From: a virus
IMG/VR virus record: IMGVR_UViG_3300006802_000076
Span: 1-64,000 of that record
Direction: 5' to 3' (one strand)
DNA length: 64,000 nt
Under the pieces are notes generated by a model. It saw only the letters and a list, made by a program, of their open reading frames with translations. It was not told the origin of the DNA and did not search any database. Position 1 is the stretch's first letter; each line of letters starts with the position of its first letter. Shown here piece by piece: positions 28,201 to 36,300 of the stretch. The translations under genes and the position numbers were made by a program.

Positions 28201-28744
28201 TGGCACAAGAACTTTGAATGGTTTGAATGTTATTGATTTTGATGGAGCCTCTGATGAGATGCAGAAGACTTCTGCAAATATCATGGGCGGCGAAATGACT
28301 GCTTTTGTTGTGTTTCAGCATGATGGCGGTGGCGGCGGTGCTACCCCTGGCCTTGCGGCGCTAGTCAGTACTACTACAGATGCTAATAACTTCCGCACAA
28401 TCTATGGCGATACTAGATCGGGCACAAATAGGCATACGATCCATAGAGCTTCAGGAACGTATTATCTTCTTGATACAACCGGTCCAATTTCGACTACCGT
28501 CCCGTATATATATTCAACTACAGTTTCATCTGCTGGCAATGCAGAGGCTTTTGTTAATGGAGTCTCGGTTGGGACACAGACTTTCCCTGAATTGACCACT
28601 ACCGCTACATTCTTTGTTGGTAATAGGCTTCAAACTGTTCCGGCAGATGCAATAATTGCTGAAATTGTTCTTTTTGATATAAGTCTAACATCTAATGAAA
28701 TGAATGAAATTATAACATATTTGTCTACTAAGTGGGGAGTATAA
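25238..28744 (+). CDS. Multidomain adhesin: Gly-rich, FG-GAP-like propeller, PKD-like, DUF285/BspA-like repeats, LamG-like
   Basis: Seven 56-aa repeats; IDWGDG; FNQDISGWDTSS repeats; LWLDAS...YLSTKWG. Confidence 0.85.
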   Translation: MSFFSLISSVLRQQGSLPNLIVKYLVIAGGGGGGAGNDGGGGGAGGYRTSYESVFYTGTLSQLGSDIDGEAEYDWFGFTVDISSDGGRLAVGATLNDGSGVDAGNVRVFDWNGSAWVQAGSDIDGEAAGDQFGRYLSLSSDGDRLAVGAIFNDGSGVDAGSVRVFDWNGSAWVQAGSDIDGEAADDRFGRYLDLSSDGNRLAVGADRNDGSGVDAGSVRVFDWNGSSWVQVGSDIDGEAAGDWFGYALALSSDGNRLAVGAYLNDGNGTDSGHVRVFDWNGSAWVQAGSDIDSEVAGDLFGVSVALSSDGNRLAVGAASNDGNGTDSGHVRVFDWNGSAWVQAGSDIDGEDVGDQFGVSVALSSDGNRLAVGASLNDGGGFDSGHVRVFDWNGSSWVQVGSDIDGEAEYDRFGRSVALSSNGDRLAIGGFLNDGGGVDNGHVRVYEFAPVIVGVSGGGSSVEEAVTLNPGELYNVTVGAGGAANVNGSLSEFIIIGSQGGGHGGGNTVGVPTVGGSGGGGGAGTGNTTGAAGTVNQGYAGGNYVTDAGGGGGAGGPGQNGNTTGAQAYGGVGLASRITGSIVRRGGGGGGGNDTAGYGVAVDGGGSGTTSDGLDGDANTGGGGGGTNGQTPGAGGSGVVILRYPDSYVPILYSGLTGTTVNIENDNVTTITAGTGNITFLPVSSSSPMVLVFDTSLGDTTIEMPLEGTVSCTIDWGDGTYDSYTTVGTKTHTYDSDGEYTVKVFGLLTGFGANVTRPELTKCLSFGEIGLTSLVTAFRGCANLTQVPTSLPTTSAVTTIQGMFRDATSFNQDISGWDTSSITGMYAAFHTATSFNQDISSWDTSSVENMVLMFNNATSFDQNLGSWDVTSLLFANDMFAGVTLSAANYEALLIGWAAQSVQPNVLFGGGNSQYSFGEATTARSILTSAANGWTITDGGPEPVSGMILWLDASNASTITASSGKVSQWDDLSGSGNSVTQPTSAYQPTTGTRTLNGLNVIDFDGASDEMQKTSANIMGGEMTAFVVFQHDGGGGGATPGLAALVSTTTDANNFRTIYGDTRSGTNRHTIHRASGTYYLLDTTGPISTTVPYIYSTTVSSAGNAEAFVNGVSVGTQTFPELTTTATFFVGNRLQTVPADAIIAEIVLFDISLTSNEMNEIITYLSTKWGV
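25420..26575 (+). repeat. Seven 168-bp coding tandem repeats
   Basis: GTGAGAGTTT recurs from 25553 every 168 nt. Confidence 0.9.
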
Positions 28745-28745
28745 A

Positions 28746-29105
28746 ATGGCACATTACGCATTCATAGATGAAAATAATATAGTAACTGAAGTCATAGTTG
28801 GTAACGATGAATTAGAAGGTGACTGGGAGCAGGTATATGGAGATTTCCGTGGCAGTGTTTGTAAAAGAACTTCTTACAACACCCGCGCAGGTCAGCATAT
28901 TTATGGCGGTACGCCTTTTAGGAAGAATTATGCAGGTATAGGTTTTTCATATGATGAAATAAGAGACGCTTTTATTCCACCAAAACCTTTTGAGTCATGG
29001 GTATTGAATGAAGATACATGCTTATGGGAGGCACCCGTTTCCTATCCTGATGACGGTCAAGAATATGTTTGGGATGAGGACTCAAATCAGTGGGTTCTTT
29101 CTTAA
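28746..29105 (+). CDS. Conserved phage protein, possibly fibre-associated
   Basis: MAHYAFIDENNIV...RKNYAGIG...DAFIPPKPFESW. Confidence 0.75.
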   Translation: MAHYAFIDENNIVTEVIVGNDELEGDWEQVYGDFRGSVCKRTSYNTRAGQHIYGGTPFRKNYAGIGFSYDEIRDAFIPPKPFESWVLNEDTCLWEAPVSYPDDGQEYVWDEDSNQWVLS

Positions 29106-29152
29106 TTTATCAATATTGTGATATAATTTTAATACATTCATAGGAGGATATT

Positions 29153-29539
29153 ATGGAGAAATCTTATTCGAAAAGATGGGATCGCAAAAGTTCAGATTTT
29201 TCTGAGTCCGATGATTTAGATACTGTCGATACTGTCATTGGTGAAGATGAAATTCCTGATGCTGATGATGCCGATTCTGTAGTCGATTTCGAGGTTGAGC
29301 TTAAAACTGTTCCAAATGTCAAAACGTCTACGACTGCCTCATGGAATGGTGTAAACATCGGTCTTGGGTCAAAAGATTTCGATGCTGTTGAAGCTATTCA
29401 GAGAGCTATAGGTATTGAAGTCAATGGCGCTTTTGATCGTCATACTCGCGATAAAGTTAGGACTTGGCAACAAGAACACGGTCTTGTTGTTACTGGAACT
29501 GTTGACTTTAAGACATGGAAGTCAATGTTCAATATCTGA
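29153..29539 (+). CDS. Peptidoglycan-binding-domain protein
   Basis: VEAIQRAIG...VRTWQQEHGLVVTGTVDFKTW. Confidence 0.75.
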   Translation: MEKSYSKRWDRKSSDFSESDDLDTVDTVIGEDEIPDADDADSVVDFEVELKTVPNVKTSTTASWNGVNIGLGSKDFDAVEAIQRAIGIEVNGAFDRHTRDKVRTWQQEHGLVVTGTVDFKTWKSMFNI

Positions 29540-29556
29540 TCTATTGTTCATAGTTG

Positions 29557-29595
29557 AACAACAAAAACCGCACAATATGTGCGGTTTTTGTTGTT
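29557..29595. terminator. Bidirectional terminator
   Basis: AACAACAAAAACCGCACA...TGTGCGGTTTTTGTTGTT. Confidence 0.8.
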
Positions 29596-29670
29596 TCTGT
29601 TGTTATATCTTCTTACTCTGTCCATCTAGTCAAATATTGGGTATAATTGATATATATTTAAGGAGATTCT

Positions 29671-29748
29671 ATGAGAACTAAAAATTGCGGTTGTGGGTGT
29701 TTTTGCACTGATCATTGCGATTGCGGTTGTGATGAATGCGCTTGTTGA
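29671..29748 (+). CDS. 25-aa Cys-rich metallothionein-like peptide MRTKNCGCGCFCTDHCDCGCDECAC
   Basis: AAGGAG RBS, upstream TATAAT, 9 Cys. Confidence 0.65.
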   Translation: MRTKNCGCGCFCTDHCDCGCDECAC

Positions 29749-29758
29749 GGAGGATTAA

Positions 29759-30682
29759 ATGGATGATGTTAAAATAAACAACTCTAAAACGCTTACTCTG
29801 ACATTGCCATCTGATGCTGATTCAAATGCAGTCAGTGTCACTTTGACGCATGAGTTTGGTGATGTTGTAAAAGAAGGAGTTTCTGCAACAAGGGTGTCTG
29901 ATGGTGTTTATACCGTTACTTTCGGTCAGGAGGCCTCTGGTATATACGTCTTAAATTCTGCCGGTAAGTATCGTGCAGATTTCGCATATTCAATAAGCTC
30001 TACCGAATACACTCAGTCACAGTACATAAACGTATACACACCGTACCTGGGGTGGGGGGATTTTGTCCTTCAGCACCCAGAGCTTTCAAGTTTTGTTTCT
30101 AAGTTTGATTTGTATGAAGGCAAAGCTAGAAATATAATAAATACCTTTTGTGGCCAGAGTTTTGATTTTTACGAAAACAAAAGTATTACTTTAGATGGTT
30201 ATAATCATAGCAACTTGCATTTACCTATCCCTATTACAGTATTGAGAAAAGTTACGATGAATAATGGCGATTCTGATTCTGAAGTGATTCATGATTATAC
30301 TAATGCTGGTCTTGTAAATATTGAAAAAGTAAGACAGCCATTTAATTTTGAAAGTTCTTATTATATAAGATTCAAGAGTGAATCTGTTCAAACAAACTCA
30401 TCAAGGTTGATGAGCAAATACTTTAAAAACGGTTCTGATTACAAAATTGAAGGAGATTTTGGATGGAGGTACGTTCCATCTAATGTCAAGCAAGCTGCAG
30501 AATTAATAATTGCTGACTTGATGAATGGTGACTCAGAGTATAGAAGACACGGGATATACGAGGTCGATATGGATATCGTAAAATTCAGGATGAATAATAG
30601 CTTTTATGAATCAACAGGCAACATTGAAGCAGATGTTCTCCTTATGGATTATACGATGTTCATTATGGATTATATAATATAA
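29759..30682 (+). CDS. Head-tail adaptor
   Basis: INTFCGQSF...GDFGW...VPSNVKQAA; position. Confidence 0.65.
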   Translation: MDDVKINNSKTLTLTLPSDADSNAVSVTLTHEFGDVVKEGVSATRVSDGVYTVTFGQEASGIYVLNSAGKYRADFAYSISSTEYTQSQYINVYTPYLGWGDFVLQHPELSSFVSKFDLYEGKARNIINTFCGQSFDFYENKSITLDGYNHSNLHLPIPITVLRKVTMNNGDSDSEVIHDYTNAGLVNIEKVRQPFNFESSYYIRFKSESVQTNSSRLMSKYFKNGSDYKIEGDFGWRYVPSNVKQAAELIIADLMNGDSEYRRHGIYEVDMDIVKFRMNNSFYESTGNIEADVLLMDYTMFIMDYII

Positions 30683-31071
30683 TGGCATACAGTTCATATT
30701 TAAGATTTGTTCAAACCTGTGATATATATCAAAAAAGTGTTGTGACTAATAATGCAGGTCAAAAAGTAGCCACTTTTACAAAAGTTGATACTGTGCCGCT
30801 TCATTTTCAATCACCAAGCACACAAACGACTGGCGGAGACAGACGGCTTGCTCCATATGTCGAAAATATTGCTGTCTATGAGGCCATTGTTCCGGAATCT
30901 AATTCTCAATACATTACTTACGACAACCGTATTCAAAACATAAAAGATAGATACGGAAATGTTATAGAGGAAGGCCCATATGAGATAGTGGCTTTGCAGC
31001 CGAAATTCGGATGGGGCGGGAAAAGGCATCATGTCTGTGCAATTCTTCGTCGTGTTGTGGAGAAGCTGTGA
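30682..31071 (+). CDS. Head closure protein
   Basis: Position and size. Confidence 0.55.
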   Translation: MAYSSYLRFVQTCDIYQKSVVTNNAGQKVATFTKVDTVPLHFQSPSTQTTGGDRRLAPYVENIAVYEAIVPESNSQYITYDNRIQNIKDRYGNVIEEGPYEIVALQPKFGWGGKRHHVCAILRRVVEKL

Positions 31072-31427
31072 TTGAGATAAAACATAGAATTCCAAAGAAA
31101 ATTGATCAAGTTAATGCTACTACAATCCAATTGATAAGCGCAATGCAGGATTCTATGAGAATAACTAAAAAAGATGTCGAAGAACTCCTTCAGAATATGT
31201 TTGGAGAAAAATCTTCATGGTTTGATGTGATTATTGATGAGTCGGTAATGAATATTAGAATCTCACCCACTTCTGAAACTCTTGGGAGCGAGGAGAAGAT
31301 GAGATTGTATCAATGGTTTATTGACCATCATGGCCATGAGATTGGTGAGTTTGCAAAGACAAGAATTCACTTGAATGCTAGAATAGCATTCAGAGCTGAA
31401 GTTGGAGGTGTTGGTTTTGTCTATTGA
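31068..31427 (+). CDS. Neck/hypothetical protein
   Basis: GTGA overlap start. Confidence 0.5.
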   Translation: MIEIKHRIPKKIDQVNATTIQLISAMQDSMRITKKDVEELLQNMFGEKSSWFDVIIDESVMNIRISPTSETLGSEEKMRLYQWFIDHHGHEIGEFAKTRIHLNARIAFRAEVGGVGFVY

Positions 31428-31836
31428 TTATATGCCTGTCTATGATGTCAATACATTCTTCAAGAATGATTCGACATTGCAGACAATTGCTGGCAAAATT
31501 ATGAACTTTTTCCCTGTGGTAGCAACTGATGATGAACCTGCCCCATTTGTCGTTTATTATTATAATCCATTCGTACAGTCCGCTGATATATGGTGGAAGC
31601 GGAATGATTATGTAAGATATTCAATATTTGATACTGATGTGGATAGGCTTTTTAAGATTTCCGAACGGATGATCGAAGTTTTAGGGCGGGCCGATAATAT
31701 AAGCGCCCCTGGCGGTATTGATGGTACTGATGTTAGATTACTGTATTCGTATATGATTTCATCTAACCTTGTTGCCCCACTAGAAAAAGTCGGCTGGTAC
31801 AGGATGAATCTTGATTTCAGGATTTGTTCTGTGTAA
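31402..31836 (+). CDS. Tail terminator-like protein
   Basis: PAPFVVY motif; precedes the tail tube gene. Confidence 0.55.
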   Translation: MEVLVLSIDYMPVYDVNTFFKNDSTLQTIAGKIMNFFPVVATDDEPAPFVVYYYNPFVQSADIWWKRNDYVRYSIFDTDVDRLFKISERMIEVLGRADNISAPGGIDGTDVRLLYSYMISSNLVAPLEKVGWYRMNLDFRICSV

Positions 31837-31857
31837 CTTGTGGTATTATAAAGACAT

Positions 31858-32055
31858 ATGAAGTATACTACTATCACATACATAGCAAAGTCCGGTGGGG
31901 GTTTTCTGGCTCGCGTTGGAAGAAACACATACGAGTTCGAATGGCAAAAAGGCGTCGGGATCGGTAAAAGACAGGACGAAATACCACTAGATGTAGCTAT
32001 GAGAATCGCTAGATGGCGTGATAAGAAGGGCAAAAAAATATTTGTCCTTGAATAG
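31858..32055 (+). CDS. Hypothetical basic protein
   Basis: ORF after TGG-TATTAT. Confidence 0.55.
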   Translation: MKYTTITYIAKSGGGFLARVGRNTYEFEWQKGVGIGKRQDEIPLDVAMRIARWRDKKGKKIFVLE

Positions 32056-32066
32056 GAGGATTTAAA

Positions 32067-32633
32067 ATGGCAGTTAATGTGTCAAACATCGTAGTCGGTG
32101 AGGCTACGATTCAAATCGATGATAGCGCTAACGCAACTGACATCGCAGCAATGGATGCTTTCGATGACATTGGCGCTACTCAGAATGGTGTTGAGATTTC
32201 ATGGGAGCCAGATATGGTTGACATTGAGATCGATCAATACGGCGATGCGGCTAAGATTATTCAGACCCGCGTCAAGGTTATGGTTAAGACCACTCTCGCA
32301 GAGGCTACTCTTACCAACCTTACTCATGCTTGGAACTATGGCTCAACTGATATCTCAGCAGCTCAAGACGGGGCTAACACCACAACTTTCAACTTTGCAA
32401 GCCAGGGTGTTACTCCTTACGAGAAGGCTTTGGTTATCACTGGTAAGGCCCCAGGTCATACCGCTTCTGTTACCAAGGAGCGCAAGTTCTACACCAAGCG
32501 CGCTATTTCGATGGCGTCAACCCAGCTAAATATGAAGCGCGATGAGGCTTCGACTTTTGCCGTGGAATTCCGTATTCTTCCAAAGACTGAAGATGTCGGC
32601 TACGAGTATGGCAAGATTATTGACGACGACTGA
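32067..32633 (+). CDS. Major tail protein
   Basis: NIVVGEA, DIGATQNGVEI; precedes chaperones and tape measure. Confidence 0.8.
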   Translation: MAVNVSNIVVGEATIQIDDSANATDIAAMDAFDDIGATQNGVEISWEPDMVDIEIDQYGDAAKIIQTRVKVMVKTTLAEATLTNLTHAWNYGSTDISAAQDGANTTTFNFASQGVTPYEKALVITGKAPGHTASVTKERKFYTKRAISMASTQLNMKRDEASTFAVEFRILPKTEDVGYEYGKIIDDD

Positions 32634-32658
32634 TCGTAATTAAAATAACTTAATCGGT

Positions 32659-32707
32659 ACAATGGCTCCATGTGTGATATAATCATATGGAGCCATTGTG
32701 CTTTTTC
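32659..32707 (+). terminator. Hairpin after the tail tube gene with TGA-TATAAT in its loop
   Basis: ACAATGGCTCCAT...ATGGAGCCATTGT followed by GCTTTTT. Confidence 0.6.
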
Positions 32708-32728
32708 AATATAAAGGAGAAATTTTAA

Positions 32729-33031
32729 ATGTCTAAGAATAAGGATATCCTTGGTGGTCGCACCATTTTGTTTGCTGACGGTGTTGAGCGTACTATTCAG
32801 CCTCTAACCATTCGTCAACTAAGAGAATTTATGAAGGCTGTGCAGGATTTGAATACCGAGGGCGGGATGAGTGATGAGGATATTGACCTCATGGTCCGCG
32901 CCGCTGGTATTGCTCTTCGTCAGGTAGACCCAGATATCGCAAATGACCCAGAAGCTCTGGAAGATATTCTTGATCTTCGCAGCTTTGGTGAAGTCATGTC
33001 TGCGGCTATGGGTTCAGACCCTTCTCTCTGA
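32729..33031 (+). CDS. Tail assembly chaperone (G)
   Basis: Position; IQPLTIRQLREFM. Confidence 0.75.
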   Translation: MSKNKDILGGRTILFADGVERTIQPLTIRQLREFMKAVQDLNTEGGMSDEDIDLMVRAAGIALRQVDPDIANDPEALEDILDLRSFGEVMSAAMGSDPSL

Positions 33032-33357
33032 CCGGAGAGGAAGAAGACTCTATAGAGGGTCTTGCTTGGGAAGATATTCCTCTCCTTAAATATGAAGCAG
33101 AATTGCTCGTCAGGTGTGGGGCCTGGAAATCAATTATTGAGATTGAAAGCATCCTCACACTTGAAGAGCTTTTTTTGCTGTACAGAGCGTCGGTTAATGA
33201 AGTTGCAACAAACATGAAAATTGCTGCGGCTGCTCAAGGTGCTGATGTTGATATGAATGAAGATTGGTATGAGCCTGAACCTGAAGAGGCGGCGAGTGCT
33301 GGTGAGATTCGATCTTTGCCATTTGGTCTAGGTTATAGCGTTGCTGAAAGTAAATAG
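33019..33357 (+). CDS. Tail assembly chaperone extension (GT) in the -1 frame
   Basis: -1 frame is open across the G stop (PFSLTGEEEDSIEGLAWEDIP...). Confidence 0.6.
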   Translation, partial: PFSLTGEEEDSIEGLAWEDIPLLKYEAELLVRCGAWKSIIEIESILTLEELFLLYRASVNEVATNMKIAAAAQGADVDMNEDWYEPEPEEAASAGEIRSLPFGLGYSVAESK

Positions 33358-33387
33358 TTATGACATAATTGATGAGGTAGGTGGTGC

Positions 33388-36300
33388 ATGGCTGATTATG
33401 ACATTCTTGTAAATGCCCATATGCAAGGCTTCTTGAATAAGGAGCTTGATAGCCTTTCTGGTAATTTACGAAATCTTTTAACCACAATTGATCGTGTTAA
33501 TGACGTAACAAGAAACTATGAGAAGTCTCAGCGTGCTCTCAACTCAGCTCTTGGTATAGGCTCTGATGGACAAAAAGTCTATGCAAAGAATCTGTTAGAT
33601 GCATCTAAAAACGCTGCCGTTCTTTCAAGCAATCTTCGTCTTGCTAAGAAGCAGGCGCAGGAATTTAATTCTGTTTACTCTAAAGAATTGAATGCTGCTA
33701 GATTTAATAAGTTGACATTTGGACTGAAAACTTTTAATGGTCAGTCTAAAGAGGTTAATGCCTCACTTCTTGCCACTGCAAGGAATCTTAAGAATATTCA
33801 GAGTTCAGCGCGAGCTATACGCTTTACTGCTGCGCTGCGGGATTCCCAATCTCTTGCTAAGAACGTTCTAAATATCGGTAAGAACCTTCAATATGTAGGT
33901 AGAAACCTTACTATTGGGTTGACTTTGCCTTTAGTTCAGTTCTTTAGGATTGGTCTTGATAGCTTTAAGAAGCTTGAAACTGAAATTGTTAGATTTGAGA
34001 AAATTGTTGGCAGAGATGCTGTCCAAGCTTTGAAAGCACAGAGTGCTGAGATTGTAGAGATTAAAAAGACATCCGAAGGATGGACTGAGGTAATCATAGG
34101 TACAGGGAATGCTTACGATGCGTTTAGTAAAAAGCTTGATAATGTAAGTTATAAATATGGTGTAGCAAGAGAGCTTGTGCAAGCTGTGGCTGCAGACTTT
34201 GCCACTGTTGGTATTTCTGGTACTGATGTCATTGGTGATCTTGTCGAATTGGCAGCTATTGTTGAAAAAGTTGGCGATGTCGATATGACTCAGTCTCGTG
34301 AGTTTGTCCAATCTCTTGTTCAAAACACCATTACTGCTCAGAATCAAAATAAGGCTTTTAAAGAGCAAATTAGCCTACTCAGCGCTGCTGAACAAAGCTC
34401 ATACCAGTATCGACTTGCAGTAGATCAGGTAACTGGCGCTCTTGCATTGTTTAACGTCATTGAGAATAATACAGTTGTAACCCTTGAGAAGCTAGCAAAA
34501 GGCATCCCTGAAATGCAAGCTGTTACAACTCAATTTGGTCTTACTTTGGGTGAAGCAGCGGCTCTTTTTGCACCAATGTTGGCGTCAGGGTTTGAGACTG
34601 GAGCTTCAGCGAACTCCCTCAAAGTCTCTTTGCAAAGACTTGTAGCTCCAACTATCAAAAACCAGAACACATTAGCTTATTTGAATAGAACTATTGGTGA
34701 ATTCAATTATACAACCGGTGTTGGTATTGAGAATATATCTGAGTTTGCTAAAGCTTTTGTTAAGTTAAAAGAGCAAAAAGGTGAGCTTGGTGCGTTAGAG
34801 CTGTTTGCTGAGCTTTTCGGCGTCCGTCAGGGTTCTCGTATGCTCGCCGCAATGAATGATTTTGGTATCTTCCAGGAAGAGCTTTTAAAGCGCACTTCTA
34901 CCGCCAACAAGATAGCGACTGTAATAGTTGATTCAATTAATAAAACCGTTGCTGATGCGGGGCAGCAGAGTCGGCTTGCAGAAATCGTTGAGGGAGGAAA
35001 GTTTAGTGCATCAGATATTGCAGGACTTGGTAAAATTGGAAGAGTTGTTGCCGATGAATATGCAGCAGGTTTTGAAAAGGGCGGAACCGCACTATATAGA
35101 GCTATAATTGAAGGTCAGGGTGTAGCTCTTGACAAACTTAAAAAAGAATTCGGTGAAGACTCAGATATCCTTGACTTGATAACATCGCAGTCTGGTAAGG
35201 TCATCCTTGCTCAGGCTTTGGGTACTGAGGAGGCTATCAGAGCATTTAATGAAGAGGTTGATAGAGCGCTTGAAACCCCCGCTGTGAAGTTGTCTAGAGC
35301 TAAAGAGACATTTAAAGCTATCAGCAGAACTCTTATTCCTGATCTTGTCTCTGCTCTTGAAGCTTTGATGCCTACGATTAGATCTATTGCTAACTTCTTC
35401 ACAAATATGAATGAGGGGTCAAGAAGGTTTTTGTCTGGTATCGTACTTTTGGCTGCTGCTCTTGGTCCTATTATCTCTGTTTTCTCAAACCTTACTCAAA
35501 TCTTAGGTCTTGCTGGTGGTGCTGCGTTTAGATTTGTTGGCATGATAAGTAAGCTCAGAATATTTGGTTTAGGTGGTATTTCTATTGCGTCGGATACTTT
35601 AGCTGGTTTGAATAATCTTGATAAGTTTGGCAAGAAGCTTTCTCGTATAAGTGACCAAACATTTTTCTTTAAAGGAACAAATAAAGAGTTTCAGAAACTT
35701 CTTAAAAAATCGCAAAGACTGCAAGATAGAGGTAGCGAATCTTATGGTATTAGAAGGCTTGCTAATTTATTTAAATGGCAAAACAAATTAACAACCTCAA
35801 CGGAAACTTTATCTGGTCAAACAAATCTTTTCACCGCCGCGCAGCAAAAAAAGCTTACCGCTATGAGAATTCTTTCTTCAGCTTATCGGCAAATGGCTTC
35901 AGAGTTAAACGCTGTGCAATTAACTTTTACTGCTCAAAAACAGGCTTTAGATGATTTAGGTAATTATATTATTACTTTAAAACATCGTATGGATGAAGCA
36001 AAAAAAATGGCTGGTAAGTTTGTCTCTGCTCTTATCCATATAAAAGATAGTGCAGATAGTGCAGCAAGAGCGATTGGTCTTGTTGGTGATGCTAATTCGG
36101 TAAATGGAAGGCTTGACAAATTAGCTAAGAATATGGCTAAAGCCGCTGGTGCTAGTGATAATCTTGTTCTTAATTTGCAGTATTTTGTGCAAGAGTCAGC
36201 AAAGATTGCTGGGTCAACTGATGCTGCAGCCAATTCTGTTAAGAATATGGCTACTGCTATTGCAGATTTAAATACTTCGTTTGGCAATGTCAATGGTAAG

